This document shows, in pieces, positions 50,166 through 61,700 of a DNA stretch of 64,000 bases. The stretch lies in the NCBI GenBank assembly GCA_963422645.2, contig CAXXVO010000012.1, positions 224,001 through 288,000 on the forward strand. The letters run 5' to 3'. The notes under the pieces are model-generated. The model was not told where the DNA came from and did not search any database. It was given only the letters and a program-made list of their open reading frames with translations. A program made the position numbers and the translations under genes. Source of the stretch: Alphaproteobacteria bacterium (GTDB taxonomy: Bacteria; Pseudomonadota; Alphaproteobacteria; UBA828). Positions within the stretch are counted from its first letter, which is position 1, and every line of letters begins with the position of its first letter.

Positions 50166-51335
50166 ATGCCCGAACGCCAGTACCGAACCCTCTCCAAGCG
50201 CATCGTGGACCGCCTCACCGTCGACGGCAAGGACGCGGTGTTTTGGGACCGGGAGCTGCCGGGCTTCGGCGTCAGGGTCTACCCCTCGGGGCGCAAGGTG
50301 TATGTCGTCCAGACCCGCTCGAAGGGCAAGTCCAGACGCGTCACCGTGGGCCGCCACGGCGACATCGTGCCCGACCAGGCCCGCAAGGAGGCCGCCAAGG
50401 TCATCGCGCGCATCAAGGCCGGGCTGCCTCCCGTCGAGACGGAGCCCGAGGCCCCGCCGACGATAGCGGACCTCGCCGGGCGCTACCGGCGCGAGTATGT
50501 CGCGATGCACTGCAAGCCCAATACCGTGAAGCACTACGGTCTGATGCTGAGCAAGCACATCGTGCCGCGCTTGGGCGAACTGCGGGTATCGGACGTCGAG
50601 CGCAAGAACATCCTCGAGTTCCAGTTCCAGCTGAGCGACATGCCGACGGTGGCGAACCGGTGCGTGGACATCCTGGTGAAGATGTTCAACTTGGCCGAGC
50701 AGTGGGAGATGCGCCCGCCCGGCCGGAACCCGTGCAGGTCCGTGCGCCGCTACAAGATCGATCCGCACAAGGAGCGGTTCCTGACGCCCGCGGAGCTCGC
50801 ACGGCTCGGCCGAACCCTCGACATCGCGCCCGCGAAGCGCCTCGCCTCGCGGCACGCGGCGGCGGCGATCCGGCTGCTGGTGCTGACCGGATGCCGGCGC
50901 AACGAGATCATGGGGCTTGCCTGGGACGACCTGGACTTCGAGGCGGGCGAGATGCGGCTTCGCGACAGCAAGACCGGAGGGCGAATCGTCCCGATGCCGC
51001 CGGCAGCATCGGAGGTCCTGGCGGCGCTGCCGCGCGTCGCCGGCAATCCGTGGGTATTCCCCGGCCGGAAGCAGGGCACTCGTCAGGTCAACATCAACGA
51101 CTCCTGGAATCGCATTCGCAGGCACGCCGGTCTCGACGATGTCCGGCTTCACGATCTTCGCCATACGTTCGCCTCGCGGGCGCTCGCGATCGGCGAAGGC
51201 CTGCCGATGATCGGGAAGCTGCTCGGCCACAACAAGATCGAGACGACGGCGCGCTACGCCCATCTCGCGCGGGAGTCGGTCAGGGCGTCGACGGCCAAGG
51301 TCGCCGAGAGTATCGGCGCGGACATCCTGGGGTAG
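50166..51335 (+). CDS. Tyrosine integrase B1
   Basis: WDRELPGFGVRV, TGCRRNE, HDLRHT, LLGH, TARYAH. Confidence 0.93.
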   Translation: MPERQYRTLSKRIVDRLTVDGKDAVFWDRELPGFGVRVYPSGRKVYVVQTRSKGKSRRVTVGRHGDIVPDQARKEAAKVIARIKAGLPPVETEPEAPPTIADLAGRYRREYVAMHCKPNTVKHYGLMLSKHIVPRLGELRVSDVERKNILEFQFQLSDMPTVANRCVDILVKMFNLAEQWEMRPPGRNPCRSVRRYKIDPHKERFLTPAELARLGRTLDIAPAKRLASRHAAAAIRLLVLTGCRRNEIMGLAWDDLDFEAGEMRLRDSKTGGRIVPMPPAASEVLAALPRVAGNPWVFPGRKQGTRQVNINDSWNRIRRHAGLDDVRLHDLRHTFASRALAIGEGLPMIGKLLGHNKIETTARYAHLARESVRASTAKVAESIGADILG

Positions 51336-51339
51336 CGCG

Positions 51340-52370
51340 ATGGCAAGGCTCGACAGCGCGACGATCTCGCGGCGGACCGTGGAGGCGCTCCCGGTCGGGG
51401 ACCGGGAAGCGGTCTATTGGGACTCCGAGCTTCAGGGCTTCGGCGTGAGGGTCTATCCGTCGGGTTCCAGGGTCTATCTCGTGCAGACGCGCGCGGACGG
51501 GAAGTCCCGCCGGCTGACCGTCGGCCGGCACGGGCTGATCACGGCGGAGCAGGCGCGGCGCAAGGCGGCGCAGGTCATCGCCGACATCAAGGCCGGCAAC
51601 GAGCCGGTCCTCGGCAACGGCGCCTCGAAGTCCGATGCCGGCCCGACGGTCACCGAAGTGGCCGAGCGCTACATGCGGGAACACGTGATGGTGCGCTGCA
51701 AACCCGCCACGGTGCGGCAGTGTCGGCACATCCTCGACCGTCACCTGCTGCCGGCGGTGGGGGAGTTGCGTCTCGGCGAGATCGGGCGCGAGCGGGTATC
51801 CGCCCTGCACTACAGCCTGCACGAGACGCCGACAATGGCGAACCAGGTCGTCGACATGCTCTCGCGGCTGTTCTACATGGCCGAGGGTTGGGGTGTCGCC
51901 CCCGAGGGCGGCAATCCGTGCCGGTTCGTGAAGAAGTACAAGGAACGCAGTTGCGAGCGTTTCCTGTCGGAAGAGGAGTTCCGCCGTCTCGGGCGCGTGC
52001 TGGGCGAGGTCGAGGCGGAGGGCAAGGTCCATCCGAGCGCGGTGGCGGCGTTCCGCCTGCTGATGCTCACCGGCTGCCGGCGCAACGAGATCCTCACGCT
52101 GCGCTGGGAGGACGTGGATATCGAGGCGGGCGAGCTTCATCTGCGCGACGCCAAGACGGGCGCGCGGTCCGTCGCCCTGTCGCCGGCGGCGCAACGCGTG
52201 CTCGAGGCGCTGCCGCGTCTCCCCGACAATCCCTGGGTCATCGTCGGCGCGAAGCCGGGCGCGCGGCTGAGCAATCTCAACAACGCCTGGCTCGTCGTGC
52301 GGGCGCGGGCCGACCTCAAGGATGTGCGCATCCACGATCTCAGACACTCGTTCGCATCCCGCGCCCTGGC
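51340..52370 (+). pseudogene. Tyrosine integrase B2 truncated by IS21 after HDLRHSFASRALA (catalytic Tyr lost)
   Basis: Homology stops at the IS21 end TGTCAA at 52371; the 681-aa ORF is read-through. Confidence 0.88.
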
Positions 52371-52572
52371 TGTCAATCGGCTTTCAATACTGACCCCCGA
52401 TCGGCGTGCAAAATTGACCCCCCTGAGTGGCACGGCGGAGGTTGTCCCGGTAGCCAATAGGGGGGACCCGCGCGGCTTCGTGTGGCGCCCTGCGCTACGC
52501 GGAGCGAAGCCGCGTGGGGGGTCCCTGTTGGCCCACCGGGGCAACCGGGCCGCAAGGGAGGCCGGCGGCGGG

Positions 52573-53301
52573 TCAGGAGCGGTTCTTGAAGCGCCAGCTC
52601 TCGTTGCCGGTCTCGATGATCTCGCAATGATGGGTGAGGCGATCGAGCAGCGCTGTGGTCATCTTGGGGTCGCCGAAGACGGATGGCCATTCGCCGAAGG
52701 CGAGGTTTGTGGTGATGACGATCGAGGTGCGCTCGTAGAGCCGGCTCATCAGATGGAAGAGCAGCTGCCCACCGGCCTGGGCGAAGGGCAGGTAGCCGAG
52801 CTCGTCGAGGATGACGAAGTCGCGGCGGACGAGCTGGTCTGCAGTGCGGCCCTGGCGTCCGGCGCGAAGCTCGGCCTCGAGGAGGTTGACCAGGTCGACG
52901 ACGTTGTAGCACCGGCCGCGCGCGCCCTTGCGGATGCAGGACCGCGCGATGGCGACGGCGAGATGGGTCTTGCCGGTACCGGTGCCGCCGACCAGCACGA
53001 TGTTGCGTTTGCCCTCGAGGAAGCCGCCGCCGGCGAGCTCCTGGATCAGGGGCTCGTTGACCGGCGAGGCGGCGAAGTCGAAGTCGGCCAGCTCCTTGAC
53101 CGTCGGCAGCTTGGCGGAGGCCATCTGGTACTTGATCGAGCGGGCCCTCTTGTCGGCGATCTCGACCTGCAGCAGCGTACCGATGATCTGTTGCACCGGA
53201 TGGCGGCGCTTGAGCCCGTCGGCAAGGATGTCGTCGTAAGCGGCGCGCATACCTGCGAGCTTCAGCTGGGTCATCATCTCCAGCACATCATGACGCTCCA
53301 T
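52573..53301 (-). CDS. istB: IS21 helper ATPase IstB
   Basis: [34 protein letters not shown]. Confidence 0.95.
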   Translation of the reverse strand: MERHDVLEMMTQLKLAGMRAAYDDILADGLKRRHPVQQIIGTLLQVEIADKRARSIKYQMASAKLPTVKELADFDFAASPVNEPLIQELAGGGFLEGKRNIVLVGGTGTGKTHLAVAIARSCIRKGARGRCYNVVDLVNLLEAELRAGRQGRTADQLVRRDFVILDELGYLPFAQAGGQLLFHLMSRLYERTSIVITTNLAFGEWPSVFGDPKMTTALLDRLTHHCEIIETGNESWRFKNRS

Positions 53302-54802
53302 GACCGGCCTCCCTCAGGCTGTCGTAGCGCTGACAGTCGGCTACCGGCTTGTGGCGAAGCTGCAGGCCCTCGGGCGTCGGGATGATTGCCGGCGGTGCCG
53401 GCTGGCGCTGCCGGGCGAGGATGTTGAGCACCACGTCGGCGCTGCAGGCACCGCAGTCGAGCGTCTCGGCACAGGCCGCCTCAACCGCCTCCAGTCCGTC
53501 CTCCAGCACCGCCGCGAGCACCTTGACGAACTGCCGGTCGCCGTCGTCGTGGCCCGCGAGCCGGGTTCGCAGGCGGCCGAGCGCGTTGGGCAACTGCCAG
53601 TCCTTGAAGGGCGCGCCATTGCGTAGCGCGCCGGGCTTCCGCGTCAGGATCGGCACGTAATGCCACGGATCGTAGACGAACCGGCCGCGCCCGAAGCTGC
53701 GGGGGTGCTCGGCAACGGTCTCGCCGTCCTGGCGGATGACGATCCGATCGGCATAGGCCCGCACGTCCACCGGCCGGCCGACGGCGCGGGCCGCGACGCT
53801 GTACTGGTTGTTGTCGAAGCGCACCAGACAGGTCTTCGAGACCGACACCTCGCTGGCATGGAAGCCGTCGAAGGGGCCGCGATACGCCATCAGGAAGGGC
53901 TGCTCCTCCTCGAACACCTGCCACACCGTCTTGCCCGGGATTGTCGGATGCGGATGCTTCTTGGCGTCCTCGATGCACCGATCCATCAGCCACTCGTTGA
54001 TCTCGGCGTAGGAGCGGCCCCGCGGGATGGGCACGAACAGGCGGCCGCGAAGGTCACCCACCTGCTTCTCGACCTGCCCCTTCTCCCAGCCAGCCCCTGG
54101 CGTGCACGCCACAGGCTCCACCAGATGGTGCGAGCACAGCTCCTGGAAGCGGCGGTTGTAGTCCCGCTTCTTGCCCACGAAGATCGTGCTCACCGCCGTC
54201 TTCATGTTGTCGTAGATGCCCCGCCGGCAGACCCCGCCGAAGAAGCGGAAGGCACGCTCGTGCGCCTCGAAGACCATCTCCTGGCTCTCGCGGGGAAAGA
54301 TCTGGACCAGATACATCCGGCTGTGGCACAGCCGCATGTGCGCCGCCTTCACCCTGGTCGTCGCGCCCGACAGACGCGCGTACTCGTGGCTCCAGTCGAA
54401 CTGGTAGGCCTCGCCGGGATCGAAGATCAGCGGCACATAGGCCTGCGCCGGCGACAACAGCCGCCACCGGCGCCGCCAGGCCCTGGCATAGCGGCGAACC
54501 GCGTCATAGCCGCCCTTGTAGCCCAGCGACACAAGGTCTTCATGAATCCGCAGAAGAGACAGCCGATCCTTGCGTGCCTTCTTCTCGTTGGCCTTCAGCT
54601 GGCGCTCAAGCTCCTCCACCCACAGCCCAAGCTTCGGCATCGGCTGGATCTTGCGCTCGTAGCTGTGCGAGGTCGCATCGCCCCGCACCACCTTGCGTAT
54701 CGTGTTCTTGGAAACCCTCAAATCCCGGGCGAGCTTCTTGATCGGAACGCCCTTCACCAGATGATCCCGACGGATCTTCGCGATCGTTTCCACAACCAGC
54801 AT
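53288..54802 (-). CDS. istA: IS21 transposase IstA
   Basis: [43 protein letters not shown]. Confidence 0.95.
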   Translation of the reverse strand: MLVVETIAKIRRDHLVKGVPIKKLARDLRVSKNTIRKVVRGDATSHSYERKIQPMPKLGLWVEELERQLKANEKKARKDRLSLLRIHEDLVSLGYKGGYDAVRRYARAWRRRWRLLSPAQAYVPLIFDPGEAYQFDWSHEYARLSGATTRVKAAHMRLCHSRMYLVQIFPRESQEMVFEAHERAFRFFGGVCRRGIYDNMKTAVSTIFVGKKRDYNRRFQELCSHHLVEPVACTPGAGWEKGQVEKQVGDLRGRLFVPIPRGRSYAEINEWLMDRCIEDAKKHPHPTIPGKTVWQVFEEEQPFLMAYRGPFDGFHASEVSVSKTCLVRFDNNQYSVAARAVGRPVDVRAYADRIVIRQDGETVAEHPRSFGRGRFVYDPWHYVPILTRKPGALRNGAPFKDWQLPNALGRLRTRLAGHDDGDRQFVKVLAAVLEDGLEAVEAACAETLDCGACSADVVLNILARQRQPAPPAIIPTPEGLQLRHKPVADCQRYDSLREAGHGAS

Positions 54803-54918
54803 CTCCCCCACCACCCCGTCCGTCCAAACGACGAGGTGTGTTCATGGACACAAATCCAAGGGGGTCAATTTTGGACGCCGATCACCCCCAATAGGGGGTC
54901 ACTTTTCCACGCTTAACA

Positions 54919-55361
54919 ACACCCAGACCGGCAAGCTCACCTCGGCGGCCATCGACGCCCGCGACTTCATGCGGGCGAGAAAGGACCGCGAGACCCGCGC
55001 GCACCTGCCCGAGGGAACGCTGGTCGCCATCGCGGGCGGCAAGCACGTCTCGGACGCCGGCGCCGTCATCGCGCGCCTCGACAAGGTGAAGGCGAAGTAC
55101 GCGGACATCATCCTCGTGCACGGCGGCGGACCCGGCGTCGAGCGCATCGCCGCGCAGTGGGCCGAGCGCAACGGCATCCACCAGGTGGTGTGCAAGCCCG
55201 ACTGGAACGCACACGGACGGGCCGCACCGTTCCGGCGCAACGACGCGCTGCTGAACCTCCTGCCGAAGGGCGTCATCGCCTTCCCCGGCTCCGGCATCAC
55301 CGACAACCTCGTCGACAAGGCCGTCGCGCTCGGCATCCCGGTCCAGCGCGTCGCCGCCTGA
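54919..55361 (+). pseudogene. 3' fragment of a DUF2493/SLOG (YspA-like) plasmid gene
   Basis: LTSAAIDARDF..., LVHGG..GVERIAAQWA, PDW..HGRAAPFRRND, AFPGSGIT; 5' part removed at the IS21 end. Confidence 0.75.
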
Positions 55362-56229
55362 GCCGCATCGCCACCACGGGCCGCGTCGCCACTCCGGCGG
55401 CGCGGTCCCCCTTTTTGGTCGGACACCGCGACCGCCACCCGCCTTCGCTTCGCGCGTCGCCTGCGGCGCCGCGCTCCGCGGCGGCTCCGCCGCTCCTTCC
55501 CCGCAGACCGCTCGCCAGACGACGATGATGTTCCCCCGCATCGTGCCGGTGTCGCCGACTCCGATGCCAGCGCTGCGGTCGATGGTGACGAGGATGCTGC
55601 TGCCGGCGGTGTTGCCGGTGCTGGTCATTCCGCCGGTGCCGAAGATGCTGACCGGTGTGCCGGACGGTAAGGTGAATCTGGGCGCGTCGCTTCGCGACCG
55701 GGCTACCCTGCCGAGCCCGCTGCGCAGTCTCGGCCCTGCGGGCGGGTATCCCTCGCGCCTCCACTCCCTTCGGTCGCTGCGCGCTCCGCTTGCCCGGCGG
55801 CTCGCTGCGCTCACCGCCGTTGCCGGTCCGCCACCGTCGTCGTCATCATCGACGGCATCGGTCGCTCGACCGCCGTATGCTCCTCGCGACGGCGCTGCGC
55901 GCCGTGCTCGTCGCAGTGCTCGCCTCGCTCGCTCTGGCCGGCTGCGGGCATCCCCTCGGGACCGTCGCGGCAGCACTCCGTGCGTCGCCGGTGCCCGCTT
56001 CGCCGCGCACCGCGCTCCGCACTACGCCGTGCAGTCGTGTCCGCACCAGTGTGGACACTTCCACCCGAGCCTCCGGCAGCGTGCTGCGCACGACTGCCTG
56101 CGGCTCCAGCCGCACCGCCGCCCGCTCACGCGCCGCGGCGGCTCCCCTCCGCCGGGTTCCCCGGCGTCGATTCCCCCTTCCGATCATGCCGCTCGGTTCG
56201 GTCTCCCTTGACCGCTGAGCGGCTGTATT

Positions 56230-56255
56230 CTCACACCACACGCAGCAGGCTGCCG
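56230..56255 (-). other. Putative MOB_F oriT nic site
   Basis: Minus strand GCAGC-CT-GCTGC-GTGTGGTGT^GA; TGCGTGTGGTGT is 11/12 to the F nic region TGCGTGGGGTGT with the same hairpin placement. Confidence 0.6.
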
Positions 56256-56353
56256 GTGTAGCCCAACCGCGCGCCTGTCATATATCCCCTGCGTGTTCAA
56301 CGACATGAGGCGACAGGCGCTTGCCGGGAAAAGTTGTCAGCGATCGGTAGCGC

Positions 56354-56532
56354 GGAGCACTCAGTTTGAGTTCTGAAATTCACCCGTCGTATCAAAGCCT
56401 TGCGAGCCGTGCGCCCGATCGGGCGCACGGCGTGTCACGGAGCATGCGCGTCGGTCGAGGAGACTTCCTATGGAGCACTCAATCTGACTGCGCGCCCGGT
56501 TGCGCTCGCTGTTGACGGCGCTCAATCTGACT
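56354..56532. repeat. Three imperfect direct repeats and a 26-bp perfect palindrome next to oriT
   Basis: GGAGCACTCAGTTTGA (56354), GGAGCACTCAATCTGACT (56472), GGCGCTCAATCTGACT (56517); GCCGTGCGCCCGATCGGGCGCACGGC (56406-56431). Confidence 0.75.
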
Positions 56533-56665
56533 ACGACACCGAAGACGTCTTGGGTCGCCCCAATCGCACCGAGCCAAGTCTGTCGATACACCGATCGCTA
56601 CGAATTCCGGCGAAGCTGTCGTACCGTACCGTGATCGAAGTTGGGCAAGAAAATTCGAGAAAGCG

Positions 56666-57016
56666 ATGGCGGATACGTTGACGAGGACCATCCGGGTCAC
56701 GCCGGAGCAATGGGAGCGCATCGAAAAGATCGCCAAAGATCGAGATGTTTCGGCGAACCGGCTCGTGGTCGAGCTCGTCATGGAGGCCCTCGACCAGCGC
56801 GAATGGCCGCGCACGGAGCTCGATATCCAGGTTGCGAAGGCCGCGCTGTTTGCCGCCCAGGTCCTGCGGCGCGATCTCATCGCGGCCGGACGCAAGGATG
56901 AGGTCGAGGAAATTCTGAAGTTCGTTTCGACATTGGTGCCCGAGTCCGCCGCCAACCCGCCGGTGTCGCCAAGCTCGCCCGCGTCACGATTCGATCCGAA
57001 ACAAGGTTCCGAGTAG
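56666..57016 (+). CDS. Ribbon-helix-helix protein, possible relaxosome accessory factor
   Basis: TRTIRVTPEQWERIEKIA...VSANRLVVE; adjacent to oriT candidate. Confidence 0.6.
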   Translation: MADTLTRTIRVTPEQWERIEKIAKDRDVSANRLVVELVMEALDQREWPRTELDIQVAKAALFAAQVLRRDLIAAGRKDEVEEILKFVSTLVPESAANPPVSPSSPASRFDPKQGSE

Positions 57017-57173
57017 CTGGAACGACTCGTCCCGGGGCTCCGGCGCGATGGCACGACGCACGCGACGCGTCTTCCGTATCCCTCCGTGCAGGCTCGGAAT
57101 TGATTGTGTCCGGCGTTGCATCGCGATAGTCTTGCCACTAGATTTCTGACAGATTGAGCATGGAGATACGATC

Positions 57174-57770
57174 ATGCGCGGCCTTTCCCGTCGCATCATG
57201 GAGCATGCCGAGGCCCTGCCGGAGGCCACGCCGCTGTGTCCGGCCGCCCTGTTGCACCTCGGCAACCGGGCGGCCGTCGACCAGGCCTTGTCGCGCCTCG
57301 CGCGCTCGGGCCACCTCATGCGGATCTGCCAGGGCGTCTACATGCGCCCGATCGAGACCCGGTTCGGCGTTCGGGCGCCCCGGGTTGCCAAGGCGATCGC
57401 CGCGCTGTCGCAGATGTGGGGCGAAACGATCGTGCCGTGCGGCGGCGCGGCGGCCAATTGCCTGCGCCTCACCACGCAGAATCCGGTCCGTGCGGTCTAC
57501 CTCACCTCCGGTCCCAACCGACGGCTGCACTTCGGCTCGTCCGTTGTCGAGCTGCGTCGCGCGCCGCGCTGGCAGCTGGCGGCGCCGCACCGAAAGGCGG
57601 GCGACGTCATCCGCGCCCTCGCATGGCTCGGTCCCGAAGAGATCGAGGATGGCCTCGAAGCGGTTCTGAAGACGCTCTCCGAGGCGGACCGGGAAGAGCT
57701 TGCGGCCGCGCGGGCCATCATGCCGATCTGGATGGCGGAGCCGGTGAGCGCGCGCCTTGCGCATGGCTGA
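57174..57770 (+). CDS. AbiEi-like antitoxin (DUF6088 family)
   Basis: LGNRAAVDQALSRL...RICQGVY, AAN.L.LTTQNP...YLTSG. Confidence 0.82.
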   Translation: MRGLSRRIMEHAEALPEATPLCPAALLHLGNRAAVDQALSRLARSGHLMRICQGVYMRPIETRFGVRAPRVAKAIAALSQMWGETIVPCGGAAANCLRLTTQNPVRAVYLTSGPNRRLHFGSSVVELRRAPRWQLAAPHRKAGDVIRALAWLGPEEIEDGLEAVLKTLSEADREELAAARAIMPIWMAEPVSARLAHG

Positions 57771-58794
57771 GCAGGCATTCCAGAACCTCTCGCCCGACGA
57801 CAGGCGCGACGCTCTTGAGGTGGCGGAGCGAGGCGGCAGCCGCAAGGCGCATCTTCTGGAGAAGGACGTCTGGGTCGTCGCAACGCTCGGCGTTTTGTTC
57901 GACGCGCCGTTCGCCGAACACCTGACCTTCAAGGGCGGCACGTCGCTGTCGAAGGTGTGGCGCGCGATCCGCCGTTTCTCGGAAGATGTCGACGTCACCT
58001 ACGACATCCGCGCCTTCGCGTCGGACCTGGTGGCCGGCGCTGGTGACGAAGCGCTTCCGCCGACACGCAGCCAGGAGAAGCACTGGACGCGAGCTATTCG
58101 TGGCCGTCTCGCACAATGGGTCCGGGACGAGGCCTGCCTCATTGTTGACGAAGGCCTCTCCGATGCCGGATTCGTGGCAAGGTGCAGAGTGGAAGCGGAG
58201 CGTCTCTACGTCGCGTACGAACCGTTGTTCGAGACAAGCGGCTTTGTCGCCCCGGAAGTCATCGTCGAGTTCGGCGCACGGTCCACGGGTGAACCGCGCA
58301 AGGCGATGCCGATCGTGTGCGATGCGGCGGCATACCTGCCTGATCTTGTCTTTCCGCAGACGCACCCCACCGTCATGCTGGCGAAGCGGACCTTCTGGGA
58401 AAAAGCGACCGCGATTCACGTCTTCTGCCGCCAGGAGCGGCGCCGGGGCGAGCGTCTGTCGCGGCACTGGCACGATCTCGCACGCCTCGACGAGGCGGGC
58501 ATTGCCGATAACGCCTTGGCCGATCGCGCGCTCGCGCTTTCGGTTGCCCGCCACAAAGCGATGTTCTTCACCGAGAACGACGCCCGCGGCGACCGGATCG
58601 ACTATGAAGCGGCGGTTTCGGGGCACCTTCAGCTCGTTCCCTCCGGCGCCGCCCACGCCGTGCTCGCGGACGACTACGCGAGAATGCTGGCCGACGGCAT
58701 GCTGATCGACGAGGAAGAGCTGTTCGATACGCTGATGGAGCGATGCGCCGCGATCGAGGCGCGGGCCAACGGATCGCGGTTAGAGAGCGGATAA
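57763..58794 (+). CDS. AbiEii/AbiGii nucleotidyltransferase toxin
   Basis: LEKDVWV, FKGGTSLSK, RFSEDVD, EFGARS, RTFWEK, RHWHD. Confidence 0.9.
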   Translation: MAEQAFQNLSPDDRRDALEVAERGGSRKAHLLEKDVWVVATLGVLFDAPFAEHLTFKGGTSLSKVWRAIRRFSEDVDVTYDIRAFASDLVAGAGDEALPPTRSQEKHWTRAIRGRLAQWVRDEACLIVDEGLSDAGFVARCRVEAERLYVAYEPLFETSGFVAPEVIVEFGARSTGEPRKAMPIVCDAAAYLPDLVFPQTHPTVMLAKRTFWEKATAIHVFCRQERRRGERLSRHWHDLARLDEAGIADNALADRALALSVARHKAMFFTENDARGDRIDYEAAVSGHLQLVPSGAAHAVLADDYARMLADGMLIDEEELFDTLMERCAAIEARANGSRLESG

Positions 58795-61700
58795 TGGACG
58801 TATTCGCCTTTCGTGAAGAACTTGTCGCCGAGTACGAGCGGTTTTCCCGGAGCTTCACCAGCATTCGGGCCGAGGACATCTCCCGCGAGGTCGATGCGGC
58901 CTATGCCGGAGGCCGTTTCTGGCCCGCCCCGCTCATCCAGTTGAATCCGAACTTCGAGCCCGGCGGATGGGTGGACGACCTCGTCGCCGACGGCGCTCTC
59001 GACGCGGAATGCCAGAGGATTTTCCGGCTCAAGCACGCCAGCGACACTTTCGGCGAACGCCTTCTGCTGCATCGGCATCAAGCCGACGCCATCGAGATCG
59101 CCAAACGAAACGAGAGCTACGTGCTGACGACCGGCACCGGCTCCGGCAAATCGCTCGCCTACTTCATCCCCATCGTCGACGATGTGTTGCGACGGAAACG
59201 CGCCGGCGACGCCGGCAGGGGCATCGCCGCCATCGTCGTCTACCCGATGAACGCGCTTTGCAACAGCCAGCGCGAAGAGCTGGAGAAGTATCTGCGGCTC
59301 GGCTATGGCGAAGGCGGGGAGCCGGTCACCTTCGCTCGCTACACCGGACAGGAATCGCAGGAGGAACGCGAGCGGATCGCGAAGAACCCTCCCGACATTC
59401 TCCTCACCAACTACGTCATGCTCGAACTGCTCATGACGCGGTTCCACGAGACCGACAAGGCGGTCCGCGAACACGCTGCGGGTCTCCGGTTCCTGGTGCT
59501 GGACGAGTTGCACACCTACCGCGGGCGGCAGGGCGCCGACGTCGCCATGCTGGTACGCCGCGTGCGGGAACGGTTCAACGAGCGGCTTCTCTGTATCGGT
59601 ACTTCCGCGACCATGGTCTCGGAAGGATCGCCGGAAGATCGGAACGTCGCCGTTGCGCGCATTGCGAGCCGCCTGTTTGGCGCCAAGGTCGATCCCGGCA
59701 ACGTCGTTTCCGAGACGCTGAGGCCCGTAACCTACCGCGATGCGGGCGCAAACGGACCCGATCTGCGGGCCGCCATCGAACGAGGGATACCGGCGACCCC
59801 CACCCACGACGAGTTGTCCACACATCCTGTGGCGGCCTGGGTGGAGCGCAAGCTGGGTCTGGAAGAGCGCGGCGACAGGTTTGAGCGGATTTCTCGGCCC
59901 CTGACGATACTCGAAGCCTCGGACGCTCTCGCGGGAGACAGCGGTCTCGACGCGAAGCGCTGCCGCGACTATCTCGCGAACTTCCTGTTGACGGCCCACC
60001 GGAGTCGGAACGAGCGAGGCCAGAGTTTCTTCGCGTTCCGGCTGCATCAGTTCATCAGCGGCGCCTGGAACGCCTACTCGACACTCGAAGCACCGGGCGA
60101 GCGGTATCTCACCCTGCACGGTCAGCAGTTCAAGCCCGGAGACCGCAACCGGCCTCTCTATTCACTCTGCTTCTGCCGGGCATGCGGTCAGGAATACCTG
60201 CCCGTCTGGGCAAGGTTGGCCGGCAAGCAGCCGCAGGCGTTCGCCCCCCGCGATCTCTCCGAACGCTCCAACGACGACGAAGACATCCAGTTCGGCTATC
60301 TCATGCCCGACCCTTCGGGAATGTTCGATCCTGCGGATACTGAAAACCAGTACCCGGAGGACTGGCTCGAGTTCCGTGGCGACGAGCCCCGGCTCAAATC
60401 CCATTTCCGCCGCTACCGTCCCCACGGCGTGCGGGTGGATACCCAAGGCGGTGTCGCCGCGGATGGATTGCCCGCGTGGTTCATTCCGGGATCGTTCCGT
60501 TTCTGTCAGAACCCGGATTGCGACGCGCACTACGACGGCAGTATGCGGAGCGACATGACCAAGCTCTCCGGTCTGTCGAGCGAGGGCCGAAGCTCCGCGA
60601 CAACCGTTCTGGCGCTGTCCTCGCTCAAGCATCTCATCGGCGCCGACCTCGACGAGCGCACCAAGAAGCTCTTGGCCTTCACCGACAACCGTCAGGACGC
60701 CAGCCTCCAAGCGGGCCATTTCAACGACTTCGTACAGATCCTGCTGCTGCGCGGTGCGCTGCTTGCGGCAATTCGAGGCGATGTCGGGGGACTTCTGACC
60801 GACGACCTCCTGACCCAGGAGGTGCTCGCCCGCCTGCGCCTGGATGCAGCGGACTACGCGGCCAATCCCGAGGCCAAGGGCATCAAGGCCCAGAACACGC
60901 TCAGGGCGCTGCGCGACGTTCTCGGCTACCGGCTCTACTTCGATCTGCAGCGCGGCTGGCGCATCACCAACCCGAACCTCGAACAGTTGAAGCTGCTGGA
61001 GATCGGCTACCGGGGTCTCATGGACTGCTGCGAGGACGAGGAGGAATGGTGCGGAGTGCATCCCCTGCTCGGTTCCATCGCGCCAGAGCGCCGTTTCGAG
61101 ATCGTCCGGGAGCTTCTGGAGCGCATGCGCAGAGCGCTCTGCATCAAGACGATCTATCTGGATCCGAACTTTCAGGAACAGATACGCAATCGAAGCTTCA
61201 ACGAGCTGAAGGAGCCTTGGGGCCTGTCGGAGGACGAACGCCTGTTCTCCCACGCTTTCATGGTTGCCCGGCCGGGCGGCCGTGGGCGTCGGACGGACTA
61301 TCGCGTTCTGAATATCTCTCATCGGTCCGCGTTCGGCCGGAAGGTGAAGTCCCAGGCGTTCTGGGGACAGGACAATCCCTGCTATCCATCCAGGTTCGAC
61401 GAGGACGTCTACAACGACGTGGTGGACGACATCCTGCGCGTGCTGACGACCTACGGCTATGTCGAGCCCACAGACCTCGACGGCGACCGCATCGGTTTCC
61501 GCATCGACAGTTCGGTTCTCGAATGGCGCATCGCCGACGACACCGGTGCGGACCAGGGTCCAGCCAATGCGTTCTTCCGCGACCTCTACGAGAATGTGGC
61601 GGGACTCCTCGACAGCGACGATCGCCTTCTTCACCAACTGGAGGCGCGAGAACACACCGCGCAGGTGGATGCAGAAGCCCGTGAGGAACGAGAACTGCGT

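Larger units (their letters stand above)
52371..54918 (-). mobile_element. IS21-family insertion sequence (2,548 bp), no target duplication
   Basis: TG...CA ends with reiterated TGACCCC boxes at both ends; istA/istB. Confidence 0.92.

Noticed and set aside
51340-53385. 681-aa integrase with a novel C-terminal extension
   Set aside because: The extension is read-through into IS21, antisense to istB
55525-56241. Several overlapping ORFs in the CGCT-rich tract
   Set aside because: Low complexity, no RBS or family motifs; treated as non-coding
56354-56532. Possible CRISPR mini-array
   Set aside because: Repeats are short, degenerate and unevenly spaced (118 and 45 bp), with no cas genes
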